This document shows positions 28,713 to 59,310 of a DNA stretch of 64,000 nt, piece after piece (the stretch's first letter is position 1; each line of letters begins with the position of its first letter). A program made the position numbers and the translations under genes. The notes below the pieces were generated by a model. That model had not been told where the DNA came from. It did no database searches and was given only the letters and a program-made list of their open reading frames with translations. This DNA is from Octopus vulgaris (Eukaryota), in contig OX597821.1 of assembly GCA_951406725.2 (NCBI GenBank), forward strand, positions 70,308,001-70,372,000. Direction: 5' to 3'.

Positions 28713-29194
28713 GAAATAATTTATTCTTACAAAAAGAAACGTATAAAGACTTCATTTTTTCAGAATGCTCCTATATTTTCTAAATTACTAAGCGACATCT
28801 GAAATTGTGTGAACGAAGATATTTTCAAAGAACTCACTTTGGGAAATACTGTTCTTGAGGGAGATTATTGTTGCTTACTGCTCATGACTATAATTTTTTA
28901 AGGTGGCAAAGGAGTCTACTAGATATAACAGCAATATTTCTTTCAAATCACAATCAGACACACTCGATAATGTTTTTCTAGTCACACAAATTTCAGTAAA
29001 ACTGTAAGAAAAATTATGCGGACTTTTGTGACATCTTTCACCACAGTTTTGATCAGAGACGGGTGAGAAGATAAACAGCAACAATTATTATTTGTGTGGA
29101 CGCTAGATTTGTTAGAAATAATAGCTAATTTCCTTAAACCTCTTCAAAAAAATATGAAAGCAACATGCAGTTATGAGACGTTTCTGCGCAGCCG

Positions 29195-29204
29195 TTTTGG
29201 CGCC
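29195..29204 (+). promoter_or_regulatory. E2F-like site upstream of gene A
   Basis: TTTTGGCGCC matches TTTSSCGC, ~0.6 kb upstream of the ATG. Confidence 0.3.
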
Positions 29205-29823
29205 GCTTATTTGACGTTGATGATTTGACGCTACTTTATTTAACATAAGAGGTTTTAATGTTTCTCTCTTTTTAATACCTCTCATCCTTCTCCCCTTCTC
29301 TCTCTCCCCACTCTCTCTTTCTCCCCTCTCCCCCTCTCTCTCTGAGCATATTTCTCTTTCTGCGTTTGAAGGGAAGATGCTTATGACAATCGCGTTCAGA
29401 TAATAAAATGTAATTCCCTCTCTCACACACTCTATCTTAGCGTGTATATTTCTAAGCGTGCACATACGTATCTGTGCGTGTCTTTGTGTGTGTGTGCAGG
29501 CGCGCGTGCATATGTGTAGGGGGATTGTTTGCAATCAGTAACAAAACGTCCTTTCACCAGAACAGGCTGAATATCCAGTCAGCCGTGCCAAATCATTTGT
29601 GCCTAAACAGCTGCATTAAATTGTCTCATTCTGAGTCACATGGAAGGACGCCTTGAACCGAAAGGTAAACATTTCGATGGTGCGAGACAAGCACGGATCG
29701 TAGAAGATAAAATTTCTGTATGAAGTCGTTGTGGAGGTGTGATGTTTGTGTTAATCTTTCGTTATTTTAAAATGTGACGATTAATTAATAAGGTGTTATT
29801 TTCCTCGTAGAATAATCCAAGAG

Positions 29824-46153
<16,330 letters not shown>

Positions 46154-47976
46154 ACCAGCTTCTTCTGAAAACCAGCACCAATCTATCTTTTCCTGATTTT
46201 CTCATCATTAATCGAAGTTATCGATTTATTCAATGTAATCACATAGATATAATCATTTTTGAGTAACTTTCAATTGAACATTTTAAAATTTTCTTCACAA
46301 TAAATATATAAATTTCGTTTATCTGGAAGATTAAATTGTTTAAATATTTACGCTTATTACGTTGTTTTCTGTTCAGAGTTCAGATCATAACTATTTTATG
46401 ATTTTAGCACTAATTCTTCAAGTACCAATAAATATTTCCCCATATTTCTCTTCTGTCTTCTGTCCATCGATTCATCCTTGAGTGATTCCAACAACGTACC
46501 AGCTTTTTTTTTTTCTGTTGGATGTTGCCTACCTCTGAATAAATCCTACTTCGTTTCTAAAGAAAGAGTTCTACGAGCGATGCCCTCACTGCATACCATA
46601 AATCATTCTAAAAGAGAAAAATCGACCTCAGTTCATGACTGGTACTTTATCAATCCCCAAACGATAAAAAGTAAAATTAACTTCGACCTGCATTGAAGAG
46701 GTTCACTAAAGCAGTATATTTGAAGCTGCAATGATTTTGCCGGTTCGCTGCATTCACTAGAAGATTGTGGGGACTATATTTCATATTCTCACTACATGAA
46801 TTTTGAGACTTTGCTGCAACGCTAAAAATCTCTCAGAACGCAGAGAAGCAGAATAAATAGTGAAAACCATTCCGTACAACTCTGACAATTCACCAAATCT
46901 ACGATCCTGAACTGAAAAATATTTTATCGACCAAGGAAGGATTTTACCTCGATGGGATTTGAGTTCGTAGTGTAAAGAGGTGGATCACAAATAAAACAAG
47001 GCATTACTGCTCTGGACTAATCCCTATATCTTCTGTGGATGACGAAGTCGAGTTGCCATTGGATCCAAGTAATCATTCTGATTTGGTAATCAATTTTGGA
47101 AATTATATTTTTACCTGTAAGAATGTTGTTGATGTCAAAAGAATTTATAAACTTTGACAACATAAAATACATTTTTTTTTATTTGGAACGTTGGATCTCG
47201 AATCATATAAACAATGAACAATAACCTATAAATAGTAAAAATTGTTCAGAGAAAGTCATTGTTAAATTTGAAAACTTTGATAAAAACATGGAAATAATTT
47301 CTAAAATGAGGTACTCTTGGTAGGTAGACATGTTAGGTTCGAACTTCACAAAAACTCCTTTCATTCTTTCGGTTCAGTTGAGGTATTTTGGTCTCGTCCA
47401 AGAAAGGTCTTCTTAGTCTGTTCTCTATTGTTCGACATCGGTAAACTTTTCGCTGACGCATTCCTTGATTTTGTTGCGAAAAGAGTCACCTGAGGTCGCT
47501 GATTCTGCAACCTGAGTTGTGAGGCGAGATGTAGTCAGTTATGTTTGACAATGAGCCCAAAAAGAAGATAACACAGAAGGAACACGTTCTAACAAATGTT
47601 ATATTAGTTTAACAAAAGTCCTTCATCAGGAAAAGTAAAAGAATGTTAACAGGTGCCCGATAATTTATAGATATTTTCGGATTTACGATCGAGGACATGA
47701 AGCATAAGAGGCAAAGGTAATCCTCATAGGATTTGAAACCAGACAGTCAAGTAAATCTCATACCACAAAGCATTTACTTCGGGAGTTAATCAACACAACC
47801 ATTTCGAGTTCTTCTTGCGTCCTTTCACGAGTATTTCTTTATTTTATCATTACAGGAATAAGTATAACATATTAAGGGTAAAAATAAAAATTACATTGAG
47901 ATTATATATATATATACAAATTCATAGGCATATGAATGTATATGTGTGTGTGTGTGTGTACAATATATATACACAA

Positions 47977-48037
<61 letters not shown>

Positions 48038-48273
48038 TATAGGCATACATATATACAAAATATATATACACATACATATATACAAATTTATAGGCATATG
48101 AATATGTGTGTACATATATATACATAAATAAGTATACATATATATATATACATACACACACACTCACATACTTTCACGCATATATATTCATATTCACATA
48201 TGCATGTGTATATTTGTATATAAATATATATGTGAATGTATGTATATATATACAAATATATATGCATATATAC

Positions 48274-48346
<73 letters not shown>

Positions 48347-49261
48347 CATACATATATACACGAAATAAGTGTGAAATTCAATTATGAAGCAACGTACATC
48401 ATAATTAAACTATAGAAATATGAAATGTAAAATACTCGGGAAAAATCTTGTTTTACAGAGAGAGAAAAAAACTTAATAAATGATGATAAGATTGAATAAT
48501 GTACATATTCGAATAAATGTATAAACTGTATCTCTAAATTCAGAATAGCAGAGTTCTAGATTTTATGATTGCAAATAAATATATTGGCACCTAATAAATT
48601 ACATACAGGCATGTGTATGTGTGAGTGTATGTGCGTGCGTGTGTGTGCTCGTGTGAGTGTATATATATATATTTATGTATGTGAGTGAGTAAATTATACA
48701 CATTCACATCGAAATGTACGCATCGCCATATAACAAATGCTCACACGAGCGCACACACACGCATGCACAAGTAAATGTGTGTTGCTCAAATTTCGTATTA
48801 AAGTTTGTTCCACTGATAAAACCTCACATCCCAACAAAAATGATAATTCGTATTTGTGCAGCAAATGTAGGAAGTCATTTCATAGGGAAAATCTGATAAA
48901 GAATCTTAGAAAGTTTGAGAAAAATAATCAAGCGGGTTTCTCTGATAATTTCAAGAATTCATTTTCTGATTTTAGTAGAAACCAATTTATATTTTATCAT
49001 ATTTGAGTTGCATACTTGCAGAAAAGTTATGAAAACTACAACAATAAAAGAGAACAGCAATGTAACTGATAAAATAAAGACTTGATTTATAGAAAGTAAT
49101 ATATCAGTTTTTGAAATGGATTGTAGAATACATGAATGTCCGTGTTTCTATCTATTATTTATATCAGTTTCAAATTTGACACAAGGCCTGCAACATCGAA
49201 GAAAAGGATAAATTGATTACATTGACCCAGTGCTCAAATGGTTCCTTTTTTGTCAACCCCC

Positions 49262-49542
49262 GAAAGCCTAGTACTTATTCTATCGGTCTCTTTTGCCGAA
49301 CCGTCACCATCGGTTGTCAGGCAATGTTGGGGGGACAAACACAGAGACACAAACATACATATATATATATACATATGTACGACAGGCTTCTTTCAGTTTC
49401 CGTCTACAAAATTCACTCACAAGGCTTTGGTCGGCCCGAGGCTATAGTAGAAGACACTTAATCAAGGTGCCACACAGTGGGAATGAACCCAGAACCATGT
49501 GGTTGGTAAGCGCGCTACTTACCACACAGCTACTCCTACGCC
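49262..49542 (-). mobile_element. SINE family A, internally deleted
   Basis: Similar to 34700-35017. Confidence 0.85.
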
Positions 49543-50406
49543 TATATTGTTATATCTTAACAATATGAATTTATGGTTGTTACAATATGTTAAAATACAG
49601 AAGAATCAACAGCAACCCATCAGACATATTGATTTTTATATATACACACATGTTCTAAGTCTACTCAGGTTACATTACATTCATTTTGCTTTGAGATTCT
49701 CTTAAGCACTGCTTCAGCATCTACAGTGGAATCTATGTTTTACTAAAGAAATCCAATATGGTTGAAAGATGTTTGCAGTTATCTCCCATGTTTTGAAATG
49801 CTTAAAACCTTATTAACCATTGAATCAATGTTCTCCCCTTCTGTTCAGTTTATCCAATTAGATTATTTCTGATCATCATCGAATACATCCACTCTTCCTT
49901 AACCTATTTTAACAATTATAGCAAAATGCTGTCACTTTTCTAACTTTACATCTTTTACAAAAATATTTCCCATAAAATGCTGTATAATTACCTTGCTAAA
50001 ATATTATTTAGCTAATAACTACATGGACAAATGATCTGCAAGAGATTGCAGCTAAATATTCCTTAAATCACATCTCACATTATAAACTTAATGAGGTGGA
50101 AAAATTTCATAATTTTATTCTTGATACAAGTAAAAATATGAGAAATGTCACAGCTGCATTGTCAAGTTTTTGTTAAGATCTGATAACATTTCTTATGATA
50201 TCATATTTTAACAAAACAGTAACATTTATAGTCAGTAGAATATGTATCATAAAGCGGCAAGTGTGGAGGCATGGTTAAGAAGCTTGCTTCCCAATGATGT
50301 GGTCTTGGTTACAGTACCAGCGCATGGCACTATGGGCTGTTCTCTGCTTCCATAGCCTATTAGTATTTGTTAGATGGAAACAGTAAGAAGTCCATTGTAA
50401 AAGTAA

Positions 50407-50451
<45 letters not shown>

Positions 50452-50751
50452 TTTTATAATATAATATTTTTGTATGCATTTGATGTTCTCATTTGTAAAA
50501 TGAATAAATAATCCAATATTATAATATCCGTAAGTTGATGAACAAACCAAATTTGTTTCTCCATTTTCTTATTTGTATTATAAATTTATGGTAAAAATAT
50601 TTCTTTACCTTCACCTATTTAATACAATAAATGACTTAATTGCATTGCAATTAAAAACATTTATGTATTAAGAATTTGGGTACTTTACCAACAGTATATT
50701 GGATAAATGATATCCCATAGTGAGTTACACCCATAACTCCTCTCTTACTTT

Positions 50752-50797
<46 letters not shown>

Positions 50798-51579
50798 CAA
50801 ATGCAGGCTTTGGGCATACCATTGGCAAGAAATAAGGTTTTGGGTGTATGTGAGAATGTTTGTTTCCAGATTTCCATGACAACGTTTGGCTATGAGGAAG
50901 AATAACTTGACATGGAAACAGGTGAAGGTTGTTGACAGGAAGAGCATGCAATCGTAGAAAATATGTCTCAGCAAATTCCCTTTCACACATTGCAAGCATT
51001 AGAAAGAGCACATTAACTGATGACGATTATAATGATGATGATGATGATGATGGTGGTAATGTTCTGAACACGCTAATGAAATACTACTAATGTGTGTGAC
51101 TTATCTAAAATATTTCACTGTTACTCAAGAAATATTGTTTTCTTACTATGACCAATAGGTGGAGGCATGGTTGGATGAGATAAGAAGCACCATTTGCAAG
51201 ACATGGTTCCAGGTCCAGTGGCATTGCATGGCACCTTTGCTAAATGACTTTTGCTATAGCCATGGACTGATCAATGTGTTGTCAGAGAATTTGGTAGGTG
51301 GAAACTGTAATGAAGCCCATCATATAAATGTCTGTGTTTGTGGATGTTTGAGTCAGTGTCTGTATGTAATGATTTGAAATCATTTCCTACTCTACTACCA
51401 ACAGATTTAGTGAAAAGCATTATTTTTCAGACTCCCTTTATACACTTGTACATTTAATCAAGAAAAATAGATTTGAAGTAACATAAAAACAAACAAAATT
51501 ATTATTGTAAAAATGTTTTATTTAACTGATTGGTAAAGTTTTTTTACAAGGTGAAATATATACTAAAATATATTTTATT

Positions 51580-51670
<91 letters not shown>

Positions 51671-51677
51671 ATATATC

Positions 51678-52325
51678 TGTAAATGTAATATGAGACAATT
51701 ATTCAGCAGCCATGATAAAACTCCAAGTTTCGGATGTCGGGGTGGAAATCCACACCACCATCTCTTCAGTTATCAGGCCATCGGAAAAACTGCTATGAAA
51801 ATGACCGTTAAACAAAGGGAAATTACTGTGTGATTGACCGTTATTAAGACAAAAGAACTATTAGAATGATTGCTAAGTGAGGGGAGGGAATAAGAGTAAG
51901 GGGGTAAAAATGCTCATAGTATTTATGCAAGTGTGCATGTCCATACCTATTCATATGCACCCACAGACCCACATACATGCACCTTTAAGTATACACTCAT
52001 CCACCCTCACTTAAAACATGCACATTCTCAATCACACCATTCACAAAAAAAAAAATATATATATATATATACATACAATCACACACACACACCAAAAAGG
52101 TTCATACACACATCTAAATACACACAAGCACAAGAAAAAAACAGAGCTAAGGGCGACAATACAGAAAATACCCTGTAATTTCCCTTTGTTTAACGGTCAT
52201 TTTCATAGCATTTTTTCAGATGGCCGGATAACCGAACAGATGGCGGCATGGATTTCCACACCGACATCCAAAACTCAGAGTTTTATCATGGCTACCGAAT
52301 AATTGTCACATATTACATTTAAAAA
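51678..52325 (-). mobile_element. PLE 3' end with inverted pseudo-LTR, same family as 22300-23474
   Basis: 51808-51920 is the reverse complement of 23362-23474; arms 51680-51827 and 52175-52320 are inverted. Confidence 0.85.
51714..51774 (-). ncRNA. Type I hammerhead in the PLE pseudo-LTR
   Basis: GATAA-CTGAAGA-GATG..GTGGA tt TCCAC..CATC c-GAAA-CT tgg AG-TT^-TTATC; decayed inverted copy at ~52225-52286. Confidence 0.7.
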
Positions 52326-52734
52326 TAAATTCCACTATTTATATAATATTGAGGTCTCTTTCATTCTTTTGTTGTCTTACCATTTCTATCAATATGTATA
52401 TATATATATGAAAAATAAAATATTGACATGTCTGTTGGTATTTACAAATATAAGTGCATATTAAAACATTAAAAGTAGAATTTTATACATATACTTACTT
52501 AGACACAAACATGATTAAAGGGGTGCAAAAAATTCATGAGGTGAAACAGTTCTGAAAATATATGTGAAAAATAAAATTTATCAATTAAAACAGTGTATGT
52601 ATATATATTCTATCAAAAGATCCATCATTATTTACAGATATAAATTTATACATAAAGTTAAAATGATATGAATTAATATATACTTATACATAATATATAC
52701 AAGTAAATTTATTTACAAGTTGAGACATTATAAA

Positions 52735-52740
52735 TTTATT
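52735..52740 (-). promoter_or_regulatory. Candidate polyadenylation signal of gene B
   Basis: AATAAA on the minus strand ~555 nt after the stop; AT-rich context makes it weak evidence. Confidence 0.3.
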
Positions 52741-52804
52741 TATAAAAAATATAACCTACCAAATTGAAATTACATATAGATATGGAACTGATGTGATAAT
52801 ATTT

Positions 52805-52843
<39 letters not shown>

Positions 52844-53295
52844 GATGAGAATAAACAGAACCATGATACAGACATTTTATAAACACAAAAGATATTAAAT
52901 GAATATATACACCTCATCTATATAAGCTTTGCGATGCGGATAGTTTTAAAATGCTCTCCATTTTTTAAATATATCTACATATAAAAAGAACCAAATCACA
53001 GTTGGAATAAAGGAAATATAAATTCTTGCAGTGTAGTCTAATAATCCTTGTTGCTTTAGATTGTTCTAGGAAGAGGACCACAACTTGAAAAGAGATGCAA
53101 CAAGTGAATGAGTGCTATTCTGAGGAATCACACAACCCACTAGAAATGACAGGTAAATTCCCCAGCAAAACTAATTCTACCATTATACAAACAGGAAGAA
53201 CACATTAGTCTATATTCCTCTTGAAATCTAAAATGACAGCTTCCTTTTACCATTGAACTGTAGAGTCAGGATTTAGCCAGGGTTAAACGCCTGCA

Positions 53296-56200
53296 TCAAT
53301 CATTATGTCGGTCCTCAGCACATATTTCATGGTAAGTCTGAAATAGAAAATAAAATACTCTTAGATATTATTTATTGATAATCTTACATATTTCATATAT
53401 CACACATCATAATATGATCAGATTAAACAGAAGCAATTTATCATAAAACATCTAAGCACACATTCATTTATTTAACAGGGTAGTTAAAGACAGATATTAA
53501 TTTCACCTTAATTATTCCTAATTAATTGCTAATATAAGAAGAAGATGAGCAATTAGAGGAAAGAAGGATTGAGTCAATGACATCACCCACACAAATTAAC
53601 TGCTAATTATTTTAATCACTCTGGGAAAAAATAAAATGTTAAAGCAGGATCCAACAAGTTTTCACTTGATTAATAAAATAGGAAATAGAAATAATAAAAA
53701 AAAGAAAGACTTACCTTTCCATCTATATCAATGGCATCATCCAACTGCCATTCACCATCTTCATGATTGAAAAATTCAGTAAACTTTTCCTTACACACCA
53801 AACATACCTATTGAACATGAAATCAGAAGAGATTAGAGAAGAGTGTTTCAGCATTAAAAAAACCCCAGAGAAATTATAAGAGATTTATGGCCAGGATGAA
53901 TTATGTGTGTGTAAATTCATATTAACTGAGTTGAACAATAACTTGGAATTGACTAATCTATAGAAATATCTGAAATAAATTATACCAATTACTAAAAGAG
54001 GAAATCGCCCAGGTATTTGTGGAGAGGAATTTACTTGTCGCACTCCTTATTGTAATGCTAGACATGGACTGATATAATTCTGGAAGGTGATGATATACAT
54101 AATCATGTGTAACTTGGAATCGCAATAAGTGGAAGACATCAAGATTGGCTAAAATAAGCTAAAGAATAAAAGTGCCAGAGGTAAGTGTCAGAAATGAACA
54201 GAGTCTTTTAATCCTGGGAATATGGCCATACCGGAGTATATCCATCAATGTATGTGACCAATCACCTCCACACCAATATGTACTTCATCCTGGCACATTG
54301 AATACATACAATGTTTTCACTGAACAGCTAAGTGAGAGGACACAGGCATAAAAACATAAATATTACAGTACTTACTGCATAAATACTTATAATATTTCAC
54401 AATATTTCTATGAATTCCTACAATATTAAATACAGGTTTGTATTTATTTATAATTATAATATATTTTAACATTAGAATATTTAGATTTCAAGCAACACAT
54501 TTAAAAGTAAAACAACAATTTAAAGGAGAACAAACTAGAAATAAAACTAGAAATGGATATACTTACATCATTGCCAGAATGTTTTGTCGGTCTTGTAATA
54601 TTCTTTTTCTTATTCAGTTGGTGTTTTCTTAGTTGAAGTTCAAACGGGTTTTCTGGAAAATAACCATAGTAATAATCACATTAAAACACATATAAAAAAC
54701 GCCACGAGACAAATCAAAATATTACAACAGAATTTCGTATTTTGGCCTGTAGACAATATACAACAACAAAAATAAGAGTATATTACTGACCAAACATTTT
54801 TATAATTCTTAGATTTACCTTCAGCATAATCTTCTTGCAGGTACCAGTGCCTATGTTTGGAAGATTTTCTGTGTTTTGCAAAAGAGTTTTCCCTGAAATG
54901 TGCATCCATGTGATCGTTATCAATACTGGATCCTCTTTCACCACAAATCGAACATTGTTTTTCAGAGTAAAGTTGGTGGACGAGTGACTGAGAGACACTG
55001 AAAGAGAAAATAATGTCGTTTAGTGACGATTGAGAATATGTCTCATGCAAATAGAGATAAATAAATATATTAATTATGATGTGGATTAAGAAAGATTATA
55101 ATTAAAAGAAAGACGAAATGAACTTACGTTGTGAAGTTTGTTGTATCAAAATTTGGTAAAATATTCCTCATCTTCTGTTGAGATACGGAAAGGTACATTG
55201 GTGTTAGTCTGGACTTCACTTTCAGCTCGTTACCGTGTTTAAGTTTATACAGCTTCCATTTTGTTTGATTGGTGTTAACTTCCATCTTTGATTCATTGTA
55301 ATCTTTCATTGGATTATTCTGAAATATAAGGTGAACGAAATTGTTTATTAAAGACATCATACATATACAAGGGAAAGTGGGGGAAATGTGTGTGTGAAAC
55401 TATCTGGGATCTCAATTCGCATTATTTTCCTTTGTTTATAATCACTTCCATCCACATTGACATAATAACTGAAAATATATTTACGTAAAAATATCAACAA
55501 GATTGAATAGGCAATGTGGGGTTTATAAGTTCGTTAAATGACCACATTACCAACGTATTAAAGGACCATTTCGTCCTTATTTACCTTTACTCTGAATAAC
55601 TTATAAGCTAGCCACCTCTCTGTGAACAGAAAAGAATGAAATTCCAGCTAGAAATCCAACAAAGTAAGAACAATTCAAATATTTTGCTGTTCACCAAGAG
55701 ATATAAAGAGTTTGTTAACTGTTATCGCTAACTTTTATAATATACAATCTAATTAACACTTTTAAAATTAATATAATACAATCGCATAGATTTATAATTT
55801 GAATAAAAAATTGAGAAATAACAACATAAACATAATATTTACTTACATGGAATGCTTTTACATCGCACATCTCTCCATTCTGGTTATTTTTGAAACGATC
55901 TTCCACATAATGTACTTTTAAATTACAAGTGTTGTCCTTAATTTTGTCTACGAGAGATTTAAATCGAATTGTCGATTTTATCTTCAACTCGTTGCCATAT
56001 TTCGCTTTATAATCTTTCCATTTTGCTCGATTATTCTCTGATTTCCTTTCTTTTTCTTCACTTTTGTATTCTTGATTATTCTGAAAATATAGAAATAAAA
56101 TCCAATAACGTATTAAAGAAACGATGAACTTATGTCAATCTTTTGAAATCTCAGAATCATTCCTATGAAAATACGATAACATAAAACAAAACAAAAAAAT

Positions 56201-56876
56201 GCAGCAAGAACGGATTAAATATAATGATTGTGAAATTACCTGAAAATTGTTTACATCCGTTTCCATTTCAAGAGTACCAGAAGCATCGGGTCGGCCATCC
56301 TGTTTATTTAATGTTGATAATCTCTGTCCATCTTGTACATGATTGCCGTTAAATTCTGAAAATATAGAAACGTTAATTATTTTATTAACAGGAAATAATT
56401 TACGTATTAAACAAAGACTAACAATAGAAATTATGTATTTAAAGAATAAAATTATTAGCAAAGTACTTACCGTGTGTACTTCCATCAGGAGCCTGGAGTA
56501 CCTTGTTTTGTTGAACAGCAGGCGGAATTGTTTGATATGAGTCCATAGACACTATTGGGGATTGAAGCATTGAATTTGAATTGGTGGTGGTTGATTGCGA
56601 TAAAAGCCATGGTTGCTTTTCATTTTGTCGTTGATAACGGCTTCTTGTATACTGTGCATAATGCGATTGCTGCAAATTCCGATGTTGTAGATATCTTCTG
56701 TTGCCGTTTCCAAAGCCAGATAGGCTACGATGCCCTTGTAAGCAATGTGGCTGCCAACCGTTATTTCTGTAACGATGGTAGTTGTTAAAGTAGGTACCCG
56801 TGTTCGATAATTGATATTCTGGCTGGTTTTCTTTCGCTTCTCCTGTCCAAATATACCTGCTGTTATTTCGGTTCAT
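53296..56876 (-). CDS. PCF11-like: Gene B: PCF11-like protein lacking the CID (8 coding exons, 448 aa)
   Basis: GT-AG exons 56876-56471, 56355-56240, 56080-55847, 55318-55128, 54997-54819, 54652-54567, 53807-53715, 53337-53296 total 1347 nt in frame; LYSEKQCSICG..DHMDAHFREN..RHWYL..CLVCKEKFTEFFNHEDGEWQLDDAIDIDGKTYHEIC. Confidence 0.92.
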
Positions 56877-57072
56877 TTCCTTGGCTGCTACTTTAAAACG
56901 GAATGTAATATACGGCAATGTTATACTGAATAAACCAACCGAAAATGCTGCCCGTGTTTAATGTCTACAAATAAAATAGTTGTATCTCTCGCGAAAATGT
57001 TTCGATCCTGGTCTGAAGACGCAAAGTGTTGGCTGTTTTTTATTTACCTGTGAATAAAAAAGTAAATTAAAA

Positions 57073-57152
57073 TTTGCGCGCAAACTTCTCATCCAATCAG
57101 AAGCCAGATAAATGTAATGTGATCTCATCAGTATTTTCAAAGCAATCACGTG
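57073..57152 (-). promoter_or_regulatory. Candidate gene B promoter motifs
   Basis: Palindrome TTTGCGCGCAAA (E2F-like), CCAAT 57093, TTTGAA (CHR-like) 57136-57141, CACGTG 57147. Confidence 0.35.
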
Positions 57153-57305
57153 TCACGCTGCAGAAACTTTTATCAACGGATTGTTACAAATTACTACAAC
57201 ACTCCCATGCGATGACAACAATAATAACAACAACAACGACAATTGCTAGTTATAAAACTACTATTACCACCACCAACAACAACACCGCCACTACTACTAC
57301 TACTT

Positions 57306-57338
<33 letters not shown>

Positions 57339-58334
57339 TGCATTGATAACAAAAGCCACAAGAGATACCAAATTATATCATGGTATATATTTTAACTATT
57401 TTTTCAGATAATACAGTTCTATATTTAAGAGATGAGGAATTACGTACATTATTTACATTAATTTACATTTGACGGATATTTGTCCACATCTGACGAGCTA
57501 GCTTTTGATTGAGTTTCTCTATATGTCTCCATTGAAGTCCAATAACACGGTTCTATATTTAAGATGAGGACAAATGTCTGTCAAATGTAAATAATGTATT
57601 TTCCACATATTCTCGAAAAAGTTATTTTAAAAAGAAACCGTCACATTGAAACCAACTGAAATGAATAGCATTTACGTTGATCTCTAAATACCATTTGCTC
57701 ATCATTTTTGGCATTAAAGAAACAATTAGAAGCAACACACATGAGAATTATAAAGGTTCCTTGTATTTCTATTAAAAATATGTTTCAGGACCAAATTCCA
57801 TATTGCTACGATTTGACGGTAAACGACAAATATTCTTCGATTTATTTGCCGTGTCGTTTCATCGATTGGGAAGTATAGATTCTGTTGAAACTAAATGTAT
57901 TCTTTAAAATTCTTGATATAGCAATGAATTTTCATCAATAGATTCTGGTAAAGGGAATAAGGCAATATTCAGTGAGGTACTGGCCATACTCTTTCCATGA
58001 ATCGTTAAGTTTTGGTGACACAAACAACCCAACAACGGTTGACTTGTGGTGGTGTGAAGCAAATGCAAGCACAAAGTGATACAAACTTAAATAAATACAT
58101 AAGACATATATACGTACATGCATACCTACCCACCCTCCTTTCAAGCTACCTACCAACCTACTTGACTAGCTACCTACATGCCTACCTGACTAGCTACCTA
58201 CCTACCCTCCTATCAAGCTACCAAGCTTCATACCTACCTACCTACCTACCTACCTACCTACCTACCTACCTACCTACCTACTTCCCTACTTGCTTACATA
58301 CATATATACATACATAAATACAAACATACATGTA

Positions 58335-58445
58335 AAACAACTAAAGATACTGACCAGCACACATAATTTCAGATAAACAGCAACGTAGAACGACTCTTCC
58401 AAAAGCGAGAAGCGGGAGGCAGAGGCTTAACAACGATCCAGACTG
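58335..58445 (+). mobile_element. R4/Dong-clade post-RT fragment beside (CATA)n
   Basis: KILTSTHNFQINSNVERLFQKREAGGRGL. Confidence 0.65.
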
Positions 58446-59310
58446 ATTTCAATGGCACTTCCTCTCTCCCCGGAAACATCATTTAACTACTCTGCCTATG
58501 TACGTGATGTAGATGACATCATGATAAATGGAAGGCATTGCATTAAGCAATTTTCCTTGCTCTACCCTTCAGTACATGCTCAAATAAGTCACTTAACTGC
58601 CACAGTGAATCATCAGACGTAAAGATGAGTGTGTATCAGCAGAAGACCATGCATGGATATGTTAGCGAAAGGCCCCAGCATGACACTAACATTGATAAAC
58701 ACAGCAGCGTATAATGAACCAACAACCAGATTACAAACTCTTACATTTTTACAATAGGACAAATTTATAGTATTTTAACTCAACTGAACATGTTTGCATC
58801 CACACATGACTATCCAGCCTTTCCCTCAGAGAGTGTGATATGTTTTCAAGAACATATGCCTGCCATTTCTAGTACATGGAGCAAACATGTAGAGTCTCCT
58901 TCATTGGTGCATAACACCAAAAATAATTAATATATAATATTCTAAAGAACTTGAAGAAATGCTGTTAATGTTTGCCACTTATCTAGTATATTCCACTGAT
59001 GCTGAGGAAATGTCGTTTGCATATTATGACCAATAGGTGTAGGCATGGTTGGAGGAGATAAGAAGCAAACATTGCAATTTCATGGTTCCCGGTTCAGTGG
59101 AACTGCATGGCAAATTTGGTATAGACCCTCACTGATCAATGAGTACTTAGAGAATTTGGTAGGTAGAAACTGAGAGGAAGCCCATTGGTTATGTATCTCT
59201 GCTTGTTGATGTTTGTATCTGTCTGTTTAAATCAGTGTAAGTTAAGAATAAAATAAATACCACACTTTAATAAAATACAAGTAGCTCGCTTGATTCGTTT
59301 GTATAAAACC

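Noticed and set aside
48850-48915. YLCSKCRKSFHRENL, zinc-finger-like peptide
   Set aside because: Lacks both His ligands and has no splice context
57405-57600. Mixed direct and inverted short repeats with CTGACGA
   Set aside because: No hammerhead completion; probably a decayed repeat remnant
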